Below, in pieces: positions 39,616 to 51,028 of a DNA stretch of 64,000 bases. Within the stretch, counting starts at the first letter, position 1; each line of letters opens with the position of its first letter. A model generated the notes under the pieces. That model saw nothing but the letters and a program-made list of their open reading frames with translations, did not search any database and was not told where the DNA came from. The DNA comes from Octopus vulgaris (lineage: Eukaryota), in the NCBI GenBank assembly GCA_951406725.2, contig OX597816.1, positions 179,428,001 to 179,492,000 on the forward strand, given 5' to 3'. The position numbers were made by a program, and so were the translations under genes.

Positions 39616-40302
39616 ATAATATAAACATTGCAGGTAGAACAGTACTGTTGATGAGGTTGGCATGGGTAGTCCTGTCCAACCTTCCCTTGAGCACATCCCT
39701 TATGCCATTAAACGCCTTCCATCTGGCCCTTACTCTCTGTGAGATCTCCTTTTCAATATCTCGGCGCATATTCACTTCCTGTCCCAGGTAGACGTATTCC
39801 ATCATTCGACCTGTTGGTACATTGTCTGACCGCATGAACTTCGTTTTCATGCGGTTCATCTTGAGACCTACTGCAGAGCTTTTGATGTTATTTGGTAGTG
39901 AAACATGGGCTACCACAAAGAGAGAAGAGTAGAGACTGGTAACGGCTCAAAGAGCCATGGAAAGGTATCTTGCTTGGTATCTCGTTGAGAGAGCACATCA
40001 GTAGCAAGACCATCAGAAAGAAGTCCGGCATGAGGGATGTCATCACAGAGTATACACGCAGCAAGTTTAGATGGGCTGGACACGTCACCCGGCTCACCAA
40101 TAATCAGTGGACCTGCGCAGTTGTCGAGTGGTACCCGCGCGAGCGGAAACGACCACCTGGAAGGCCTCCATGACGGTGGAGTTACGATTTCAGGAGGACG
40201 ATTGGGATCACGTGGATGAGAAAGGAGTGGACAGCGTGCTGTGACCAGCGGTGTCAAATGGACGCCCAACGGACTGGTCGGTCAAGGTGATAATATAAAC
40301 AT
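39616..40302. mobile_element. RTE LINE insertion with 5' inversion and 13-bp TSD
   Basis: Minus-strand RT segment (YVYLG...STVLPAM) joined to plus-strand continuation (MLFGSETW...RWAGHV...RPPGRP); TSD ATAATATAAACAT at 39616-39628 and 40290-40302. Confidence 0.9.
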
Positions 40303-41304
40303 ATAAGTAAAATATTTCAGCTGTATAAATACTTATAATAGTGCACTGCTTACACCATAAGATAATCTCAGATCACTCTTTACCTCAACAGATTAACTGT
40401 AAAAATCTTTCCAATGTCAAAGTACACACACGTCAGAAATGTGATGTTTTCAAGGAGCAAACATAAGTTGTGCACTCTAAATAGCTTTTATCAGAAAGGT
40501 TAGTTATTACACACATACACAGCAATCACACATGGATGTATATATGTATGTATATAGATTATATAGAGATACAAGGTTAGCACTCCTAACACATGAATGG
40601 ACAAATTTAGAAAAATTTTAATGGGTATATTTAAAGACATTAATTTTTAAAAATTACCATTTATATTAATCTGAGATTCATTAAGTTTTTTTAAGGCACC
40701 ATATTAGAACATATAGAAAGCCAATCCTACCACCCCTCTGCAATCACAAAAATCATAGTACTGTCATCAGAGAGAACATCCAACCTACTCTCCAACAAAG
40801 GACATATTCAGTTGAGCCATGGTCTGTTGAACTATCACATTAATAAATTTCACAGAAATACTAGAATATGCGGATCAAGCCCCTTGAAACCATCTGATTT
40901 AAATCAGTCCACCACAAAACGAGTGTAGCTTCCAATATGGCTTGCAATTTTCTGTCATTGATGAGAAAACATCTACCCTTCATCCAAAAATGTTATAATC
41001 CCTTTAATAAGATTAATGTTAAAGATAGCAACAGGAACTTGGAATGCATCACATCCCAAATATTCCACCACCACCATATAGTCAGACAAATATAAACTCT
41101 CCAACCCAAAGAGAACTCGTGTCTGACCAATAAATACAGCTTTCGTTGCAATTCTTTAATATCTTAAGCAAAGAATAAAAAGTTCTACATACATGCAGGC
41201 AAATGAAAAGAAACTTAGTAAAAAAAGATTCCAATACAGATTGAACCACTATAAATATATGTATGTATAGATGTATATGCATATATACATGTGTGTGTAT
41301 ATAC

Positions 41305-41355
<51 letters not shown>

Positions 41356-41418
41356 CACACACACACATATATATATGTATATATATATGTACATATATAT
41401 GTATATATGCATACATAT

Positions 41419-41452
<34 letters not shown>

Positions 41453-42205
41453 TATCATTATTGTTTTTACGTATTTTTGTATTTTTATTCGTGTAACATC
41501 ATCTGTTTTTCCGTCCTTGTTTTGTATACATTTGAGGCTTTCTTCCAAGGAATCTAATGCGCTTGGCTTAGATTTTCCTTTGGGGCTGGCCAGATCAGAG
41601 CAATCTCAAGGTTAATCAGCCGAAATTGCGAAGATGATCCGGTTCTTGACTGAAGATTGAAGGCCTCGAATGTCCCGTCCGTGTTTTTTGTATCGTCTTC
41701 TAAATGTTTCACGTTCTTGTCCCAGTTTGTATTTTTTTACATTTACATATGTATATATATAAATACATATACATATATGTATATAAATATATATAGAAAT
41801 ATAAAAGGAGCAAAAATACTGGAGAATCAGTATACACCATGTGGCAAAGAGTTGAAAATATGTGGAAAACATATAAAAAGTGGAAGAGAAACGTTTGACA
41901 TAGTTTAATATCTTTTTATGAGAAAATTTTTTTTTATGTATATACATACTTTATGGATGTCGTGATATCCAACCAGTTTTTGCTATTTAAATTGGCTTTT
42001 CAAGGGACATTGGGAAGTAATCATTTCTGTGACAAAGGTGTCTCATTATATACACATATATATGTATACACACACATATATATACACACCCATATATATG
42101 CATATCTATACATACATACACACACACACACACATATATATATATATTTACACACACACATATATACATATATATGTGTGTGTATATATACACAAATATA
42201 TATAA

Positions 42206-42249
<44 letters not shown>

Positions 42250-42779
42250 CCTTCGAAACGCAGAGTAGATGAAACAGAGGCAGCCGAAGAAGGGGAATTT
42301 TCCTTGTGTTGTATGCCCTGTACTCTGTTTTTTCGTTGTTTAAAAAAATTGTCCGTTTCCATGGTTTTGTGTTTATGTTTTCGTTTCTCATTGTGTTCGA
42401 CGTTTTTTTGGTGTCCTGTACCCATATATGCATGTATATATACATGTAGAGGTAGGTACGTACATATATGTATGTATATATGCATATGTTTTATTTATTA
42501 ATTTGTTATTATATGACAGAACACACGCATCCATTTCTAAGTAAGTTTTGTCTTAGTATACATATATATATATGCATGTATATATATATACATATATATA
42601 TATGCATGTATATATATATACATATATATATATGCATGTATATATATATACATATATATATATGCATATATATATATAGAACATATATATATATGCATAT
42701 ATATATATATAGAACATATATAGATGTATATATATATACATATATATATATGCATATATATATATATAGAACATATGTA

Positions 42780-42830
<51 letters not shown>

Positions 42831-42913
42831 GGTCCCGGGTTGATTCGGGGTTAACCACAGTAAATAAGGTACTCAATACATAGCAGAGTAAAATTAATTT
42901 ATTATATAGAAGG

Positions 42914-42964
42914 AGCTTCTACAGGACTAGAACTGTTTCATTCAAGAGAAATCATCAGGAAGCT
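42914..42964 (-). ncRNA. type I hammerhead ribozyme motif (palindromic partner)
   Basis: Exact reverse complement of 42961-43011 within the perfect palindrome 42895-43030. Confidence 0.8.
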
Positions 42965-43011
42965 TCCTGATGATTTCTCTTGAATGAAACAGTTCTAGTC
43001 CTGTAGAAGCT
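42961..43011 (+). ncRNA. type I hammerhead ribozyme motif
   Basis: AGCTTC-CTGATGA-TTTCTCTTGAAT-GAA-ACAG-TTCTAGTC-CTGT-A-GAAGCT: stem I 6 bp, stem III ACAG/CTGT, GUA triplet. Confidence 0.8.
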
Positions 43012-43020
43012 CCTTCTATA

Positions 43021-43072
<52 letters not shown>

Positions 43073-43424
43073 CATATAAAATATATCGTAAGATTATTGT
43101 AGTTATGTAGGAATGAAAAGGTATATAAATAAGGAACACATAAATATATATATACATATACATACATGCACATATATACATACGTATACATTTACGTACA
43201 AACATACCCATAGGTACATAAATATTACATGTGTTGAGAAGGGAGGTTTTTTCAGTAGTTCGTATTTTTCTTTTTAAGTATATAAAAAGTATATAAATAT
43301 ATATACTTATATATAAGTATATAATAATATATAGAAAGAAAAATACAAACTATTGAAAAAATCCTCGCTTCTCAACACATGTAATATGTATGTACCTATG
43401 GTATGTTTGTAAATAATGTATATA

Positions 43425-44057
43425 CTCCCTTTTTACTCTTTTACTTGTTTCAGTCATTTGATTGTGTCCATGCTTGAGCACCGCCTTTAGTCGAGTAAAT
43501 CGACCCCAGGACTTATTGTTTGTAAGCCTAGTACTTATTCTATTGGTCTCTTTTGCCAAACCACTAAGTTACAGGACGTAAACACACCAGCATCAGTTGT
43601 CAAGTGATGTTGCGGGGACAAACACAGAAACACAAACACATACACACACACATACAAAAATATACATACATACAACAGGCTTCTTTCAGTTTCCATCTAC
43701 CAAATCCACTCACAAGGCTTTGATCAGCCTAAGGCTATAGTAGAAGACAGTTGCCCAACGTGCCACGCAGTGGGACTGAACCTGGAACCATGTGGTTTGT
43801 ATATATATTGGCATTCCTCATTTATATACCTATATATATATATATATGTATTAGTTTCAGTCATTTGACTGCGGCCATGCTGGAGCACCGCCTTTAGTCA
43901 AGCAAATCAACCCCGGGACTTATTCTTTGTAAGCCCAGTACTTATTCTATCGGTCTCTTTTGCCGAACCACTAAGTGACGGGAACGTAAACACACCAGCA
44001 TCGGTTGTCAAGCAATGCTAGGGGGACAAACACAGACACACAAACACACACACACAT

Positions 44058-44115
<58 letters not shown>
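43425..44115 (-). mobile_element. two SINE family A copies
   Basis: Family A bodies at about 43425-43797 and 43852-44115. Confidence 0.8.
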
Positions 44116-44123
<8 letters not shown>

Positions 44124-44391
44124 TTAGAGACAAAACCACTATTATGCAAATCAAACAAAGAAAGACTTAATCCAATACATAAAATTTTTTATATAAATTA
44201 AATATAATTAAGATTAATTAAGTGGATATCTTAATTAATCTTAATTATATTTAATTTATATAAAATTTTTTATGTATTGGATTAAGTCTTTCTTTGTTTG
44301 ATTTGCATAATAGTGGTTTTGTTATAGTGGTTTTATAATTAATATTATATTATATTTTACTATAAAATTGGATTTATTCCCTAATATTTAT

Positions 44392-44453
<62 letters not shown>

Positions 44454-44763
44454 GAGGAATACCTAAATATATACAAACCACATGGTTCCGGGTTCAGTCC
44501 CACTGCGTGGCGCCTTGGGCAAGTGTCTTCTACTATAGCCTTAGGTTGATCAAAGCCTTGTGAGTGGATTTGGTAGATGGAAACTATAGCAGAAGACACT
44601 TGCCCAAGATGCCACGAAGTGGGACTGAACCCGGAACCATGTGGTTGGTTAGCAAGCTACTTACCACACCAAACATGAAAACACAAAGAGAAAACACAAC
44701 AATACGAGGACATAGAATAAATATAGTATTATTGGATGCTCAGGAAGGAAGGGAAGAAGGAGG

Positions 44764-44798
44764 GTTTTACGTTTCGAGTGGAGCTCTTTGTCAGAAAC
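44764..44798 (-). ncRNA. minimal hammerhead motif with one core substitution, inside a Penelope-like terminus (about 44670-44872)
   Basis: Minus strand GTTT-CTGACAA-A-GAG-CTCCA-CTC-GAAACGTA-AAAC. Confidence 0.6.
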
Positions 44799-47336
44799 AT
44801 AGGACAAGGTAAGATCCAGAGAAGGGAAGACGGAGGGAAAAAAATCGCCAACGGTACACACGCGGTCACATTTTATATATAAACTAGCAGCTAAGCTTGG
44901 TTCCACCAGATCTGTTTGGATGACATGGCTGTGATCGTTTTGGGTCAGGCATAATCTATTTCTATTTCTCAACCTTATCATTTTGGGTCCCCTATTTCGA
45001 TTGGAGCCTCCAGCTGTATATCGGGCTGCTTTTAAGCTAGTATATAATAATAGGTAAGGATGATCCAGAGATCCAAATATAGGAAGTTAATAAGCTTTAT
45101 AAGCATATATGCAGCTGTAGACACATCAAAATGTGACAATATAGAATAAAATTATGTGTATAACTTATGATGATAACATTATAAGATACACACCTCATTC
45201 CATTTTGAAATCAAAAGAAATTTCAATAAGTCTATGGTCTCCATACAACTTATGATTTAGCAAGTGAAGTTGCTAAAAGTGCAAATAAATGTAAGGAATG
45301 GAGTTCTATTCCTTAATTTCTTGGATATATGTGTGTGTTGTGTTGTGTGTGTGAGAGAGAGAGTTCTTCCATGAACATACAAGTTTGAGTACAGGTTTGA
45401 AGATGCAATGGCTATTACTATGAAGGCATTGCATTTGACTGAGTGATGTCTTTCACTATACTCTACATAGTAAGAGAGAGGTAGCAGCATGCTGCCATGT
45501 TGTTGAGGCAAGAGATGGTGAAGTTTTGTTCAAAGAACTTTTACTGTTTTTTCAAGGTGAAACCTAAATAACTTTTTTTTTATGATAACATAATTAATTT
45601 ATATGTGAAATAGTCCATTAATTAGTCAGTTAATTTCTTGGCTAATTATAAAACCCATTGCAATAAAATCAAGAAATTCATCAATTTGATGTAAATCATA
45701 GCACTCAGTTGGAAAGAATTTTCCAAAGGAATGATCAGTTTGTTGTTGGGCTAACAGCAAGGATTTTTCAAAGGGAATAGCTCTCGTGGTGATGAAAATG
45801 AGAGAAGTAGTTCCTATGCACATAACAGGGGCACAAGCAAGAGAAAACCAGAGAAAGTGTTAGTGATGAGGAATAAAAGCACCAATACCAACCTTAATCT
45901 AAGATATACTTAAAAAAAGCAAGCACTAGCAGGAAGAGAAAAAAATCCCACAGAACATCATAAAGAAAAAGTCTCAAAAAGAATTTCAATCATCTTATGG
46001 ATAGTTACAAGTAGAGATAAATCAGATTAGGAATTATTTTAGAGACACATATCTAATTCCAGATTCATGTTAGCTTGGATTCTGATACTCTTTAGAAAGA
46101 CTGGGAATTTTTGTTTCATTTATTCTTAAAAGTTGAGTCTTTATGCCTAGTTAAGGAATAAAAAAATAAAAAGAATATTTGTTGTGCATAGTAATTACTT
46201 AAAGAGGACACAGAAGCTTGACAGTTGTGGGATGAGGGAATCAGATATGATATTTGTAGGATAAACAATGACAGATAGAAAGGTTGGTTACAAAAAGTAG
46301 AAGCAGAGAGAAGAAACAACTTCTGTGACACAACAGTTATTTAATGTTGGTGAATGCAGAGTGTATCAACCAACCAAATGACTAGTTTTTGCATGTGACC
46401 AAGAATGGTTGTGCATGTAATAGCTGCACTGACCCAGATATGTCATTAGTATTGCAATGTGGATTTTCATTGTGAACTGATCAAAGCTGACTATTTACTA
46501 GCTCTGAAATGAAAAACTAAACTTTTGAGATACAAATTTAGTTGATGTGCAGTTGTCATGAAGGACCATCTGAGATTTGTTCACGTTAAGCTTTTTGCAC
46601 TCAAGTCCTTCATTTTTAAATCTGCTTTGCAAGGAGTAGGATGGATATATCATCCACTCAGCATCTATTCATTTATCTAGTAAACAACATTTATTGGCTG
46701 TGAAAACAAAGATCTTTGATACCATCACAGGTAATGTCTGAGAGAAAGATTAATAGCTGAGAAAATCAAGGGTACATCTATTTCAGTCACATTTAATTTT
46801 CCAAATAAAAATTGGAGATAGCAGACAATAAATAACAAGTGTATCAGTCAGTGTTAGGATGTTTGCATGACTGTGCAAAGATCTAAAGGACAAAAAAAAT
46901 CCTGTTTGAAATGAAAATTCAGTGACATGTCACAATTGTAACAAGCTGCAGCCAAGATCAGAGTATCGTATTTTGCTCAGAATGATAAAAATTACTAAGG
47001 GTATTAAATGTTAGGTGTCAGCTGGATTCATTTAAAGTAAATGACTGGTGAAAGTATATAAAAACCCTAATTTTATTCTAAACTTAACACCTAGCCAGAG
47101 CCAGTTTTAAGCCAATTAGACAGATTTGTTCAAATTGAGTCCCATGCTAAAAGAGGGCCCAGCACACATGCTTGAATGGAGGATGCTGTGATGAATTTTT
47201 AGTATATCATTGTGGCTAATAGTGGAGCCTCAATCCCTCAACACTTTTTGGCTGGGACTGATGTACTACACGAAGCATAAAACGTCAATCTTAAGTTTTT
47301 GAAGAATAGAGGAACTCACTGACAATTCTTTAATTT

Positions 47337-47430
47337 GGCCCTGCACTTCCTAGCACTGGACCTGCACTCCCTAGCACTAGCCCTGCATTTCCTAGTGCTG
47401 GTCCTGCACTTCCTAGTGCTGGCCCTGCAC
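47337..47430. repeat. 21-bp minisatellite, about 4.5 copies
   Basis: Unit ggccctgcacttcctagcact repeated with variants. Confidence 0.9.
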
Positions 47431-47519
47431 CTAATTTGCTTGATTTACTTTTTATGCAAGGAAATAGAGAAATTAACTATCCCAAAGTGTTTCTCATGTA
47501 TTTAAATAGTTTTTACACA

Positions 47520-47863
47520 CTCTTTTACTTGTTTTAGTCATTTGACTGCGGCTTATGCTGGAGCACCACCTTTTAGTCAAAGAAACACACCAGCATCGGT
47601 TGTCAAGTGATGGTGGTGGTGGTGGAGGGGACAAACACAGATGCAAAGGCACACACGACATATATATATATACATATATATATATGTATATATATATATA
47701 CGAAGGGCTTCTTTCAGTTTCTATCTATCAAATCCACTCATAAGGCTTTGGTTGGCCTGAGGCTATATTAGAAGACACTTGCCCAAGGTGTCACGCAGTG
47801 GGACTGAACCCACAACCATATGGTTAGGAAGCAAGCTTCTTACCACACAGCCACTCCTGCGCC
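47520..47863 (-). mobile_element. SINE family A, internally deleted
   Basis: Ends in cacacagccactcctgcgcc (family A 5' end). Confidence 0.8.
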
Positions 47864-47869
47864 ATAATT

Positions 47870-48092
47870 CATTGTGTTGGTGTAAAATTATTGCAGTTTT
47901 TTCAACAAAAACAATAACAATATTTAGCAAAAATATATCTAAATGATGGTCTGACCATCTGCCAAGCAAATGGTTAGCAGTAATTGAAGTAGATGGTGAA
48001 TATGCTCTAGAATAATCATGTAAAGATGTTTTTGTTACATGTTATTGTTTTTGTTGAAAAAAAAACTGCAATAATTATGCACCAACCGAATA
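47870..48092. mobile_element. mariner-type MITE
   Basis: TIRs gttggtgtaaaattattgcagttttttcaacaaaaacaataaca / tgttattgtttttgttgaaaa..ctgcaataattatgcaccaaccgaata. Confidence 0.8.
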
Positions 48093-49793
48093 TTTAGGAT
48101 AGCTCAACGTTTATGCATGTGTGACTCAATATATGACTAAAATTTATTAAACAGTTCAATGCAAACCATTTCATAATTCCTATTAATTATCTCTGTTTGA
48201 GAAAAAAGATGGGATCAAGTGAGTTTTCAACTATATCTATAACTGTATACAGTGTAAGGAGAAAAATATATGATATTGAAGTACTAGAACACTAGTTTTA
48301 TGAGTGGTGATAACAAGAGTGTGTAAATGAAGACAAGGATGAAGGTATTTGTATTGAATAAAGGTCTATTCTCTACAACTTTCACATTATATGAATTATA
48401 ATTGTAGCTACCTAACCAATTTTAATGAATGATTAATACTGGTACATAATAATTATATGGTGATTCTTTTTAACATTGCAATGTTTTGAAAACCCTACAG
48501 AAAATAGCTGAGTGTATTTGTGTCAGTTATTGAATAAAATTATAAAAGTAAGTAGTACCAAATCTAAAACTGAGACTCTTTTACTATCATTAATAACATA
48601 AACTAGCTTCACAGTCATAAAATAAATGTTCTGTGACCTGCATTGATTTTTAACTTTGGCATAAGTTTAGGAAATTTAGGGAGAGGTTAATTTTAACAAT
48701 AGCAATATTTTCCTTACACCTATTTTATAAAACATGGGTGGGAGAAAAGTTCAAGAAGTGAATTCAGAATGTGAAGATATGTAATTAATACGTCTTCAGA
48801 GCATACAGTTTATTATATATTAAAAAATATCATTGTTTTTTTTATATATTAATATGTGTGTATGTGTGTGAATTTTGCCCTGAAAAGATTTTTACTGAGG
48901 CGATGACAAGTGACTGAGACTTTTGGAGATATGCCGTGCTTGAGAAGACCTGGCAAGCCAGGTGAGACTGTAACCGTGGCCTATGCCAGTGCAGCATAAC
49001 CAGCCCATTTAAGAGTACCCTTTAATCATTGGGCAATAAATGGAACTTATGAAGACCTATTAAGGCAAGTGAAGTCATCGTTGTGGCCTATGACAGTACT
49101 GCCTGATTGGCACCCATGCCGGTGGTGTGTAAAAAGCACCATTTGAGTGTGGTCGATACCAGTGCTGCCTGACTGGTCCAATGCCAGTGGCACATAAAAA
49201 ACACTATTTGTCGTGGTCATTGCCAGAGCCACCTGACTGTCTCCCATACAGGTGCCATGTAAAAAACACCATTCAAGTGTGGATGATGCCAGTACCAACT
49301 GACTAGCCCTCGTGCAAGTGGCATGTAAAAAGTGCCCACTACACTCTCGGAGTGGTTGGTGTTAGGAAGAGCATCCAGCTGTAGAAACATTGCCAGATCA
49401 GACTGGAGCCTGGAACAGCCTTCTGGCTTGCCAGCCCTCAGTCAAACTGTCCAGCCCATGCCAGCATGGAAAACAGACATTAAAAGGGTATGATGATAAA
49501 ATTCATGATGCAATTTTGATTTTAAACTATGAATAGAGGTGAGAAATTGAAATTGACTATTATATTGATATTTTCTGTGTTCACACTCTCTATTTTCTTT
49601 ATATTATATTATATATATGCATTTTCATGGAGTGTGAATACGTTTTCAAAATTCATAAATTTTTCTTTTGTAAAGTGAATTATGTGTATTGTGCTAAGAA
49701 AGACATAATAAATGTGATGTAATTTTGTTTAAATTTTGAATTTTTTGTGGATTGTTGTATTCTTCACATGAATTTTACTATTGCATTTTTCAG

Positions 49794-49849
49794 ACTGATC
49801 CATGTGGAATTCAAGCAGCCTAAGTTTACTGTTTCTTTGCCTGGACTGG
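49794..49849 (+). other. probable 5'UTR exon of the downstream gene
   Basis: Acceptor ttgcatttttcag at 49793, donor TGG|GTATGT at 49850; next acceptor tttttttgcag at 50171. Confidence 0.5.
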
Positions 49850-50248
49850 GTATGTTGACTACTTCACAATTACTTTTTCCAAATGTGATGTCTATAATGT
49901 ACATTTTCTTAAAATATAAATTACTGTTTGCTAATAAGGCTAAATTGTCAGTCTAATTATATCTACATTGATAAATCCAATAATTATAAAGCTGTTTTAT
50001 TTCTAATAAACATATCTTGAAATACATAAATAGATAAGTAAATGGTATTAACATGATAAACAGTAAAAACTATAAATCAAATGAATGAAACATAGTAGAC
50101 TAATAACTGATAAGCTAAGATATTTGTGTCTTCTGAGAAATATTTATTATCACCATTTTATTTTTTTGCAGAACTACAAATACAGTAAATGCTGCAACAT
50201 CAATAAATTAAGAAAGAAGTTGTCAATCAAGTGATATAAAATTTCAAA

Positions 50249-51028
50249 ATGACATACAGAGAATTACTAAATGTCTTCGACAAAAACTCTTCCTCTAAAT
50301 GTCATCAATGCAGTAGTAATATTTTGTTCTCACTCATACTATTTACTGGAATCTCTCAAATTGGTTTGAGTATTGGCCTTTTATTTCTGTGTAGAAATCA
50401 AATAAGTGAGGTATCTTGTGCTTTCTCACTAAAAGCTCACCCTTGTACAGGTTTAGCCGCCCCTGTCTATATTGGATGTCTTATTCTCTGCATAGCAATC
50501 TTTGGATTTGCCTGTCTTGGTCGGCGAGCATCAGCAGCACTACTTTTATTCATTACTGTTGGTGACATTTGCCTGGGTTTTATGCAATTAGCAAGTGAGA
50601 AAATTCTGTTCACTGACTATTTTAATACATTTAATTCAAGAGAAATCTGTCAATCTGCCCAACAAAATTCATCTCAACTTTTACAATGCTGGAACCATAT
50701 TACACACCTATACCCAGCCTGTAGTATATATGAACATGAGATAACCAATGATTGTGTTCACAGCTATAATATTTACTTCAATCGATCAAATCAATCTGAA
50801 AGTAACAGAACTACTGTGCCATGCATTAGTGATATTAATAGATTGGTCAGTTCAACTTATACGGACTTCCGATTTATGTGTGGCCCTATTGTATTACTCA
50901 ATGCTTTTGTCTGTGTCATTCTAATACTATTTCTAGAGTTTTTTCATCAACAGAAACAGAATAGTAAAAAACAGCAACATGACTTAGCAGCACTAGAAGG
51001 AATTTATGAAATTTCTGAACAAAAGTAA
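50249..51028 (+). CDS. tetraspanin-like four-transmembrane protein, 259 aa, intronless CDS
   Basis: Only long non-repeat ORF; CAAAATG start with in-frame upstream stop at 50237; strong acceptor at 50171; three N-terminal TM helices, Cys-rich glycosylatable large loop, fourth TM; AATAAA overlapping the stop. Confidence 0.85.
   Translation: MTYRELLNVFDKNSSSKCHQCSSNILFSLILFTGISQIGLSIGLLFLCRNQISEVSCAFSLKAHPCTGLAAPVYIGCLILCIAIFGFACLGRRASAALLLFITVGDICLGFMQLASEKILFTDYFNTFNSREICQSAQQNSSQLLQCWNHITHLYPACSIYEHEITNDCVHSYNIYFNRSNQSESNRTTVPCISDINRLVSSTYTDFRFMCGPIVLLNAFVCVILILFLEFFHQQKQNSKKQQHDLAALEGIYEISEQK

Larger units (their letters stand above)
41250..44450. repeat. (TA)n/(CA)n microsatellite-rich block with interspersed short repeats and palindromes
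   Basis: Long TA/CA tracts, including higher-order units at 42555-42826. Confidence 0.9.

Noticed and set aside
41082-43211. Many 70-180 aa ORFs rich in Y/I/H/T/C/V
   Set aside because: Translations of TA/CA microsatellites, not genes
47337-47430. Regular short repeats resembling a CRISPR array
   Set aside because: No unique spacers; eukaryotic minisatellite
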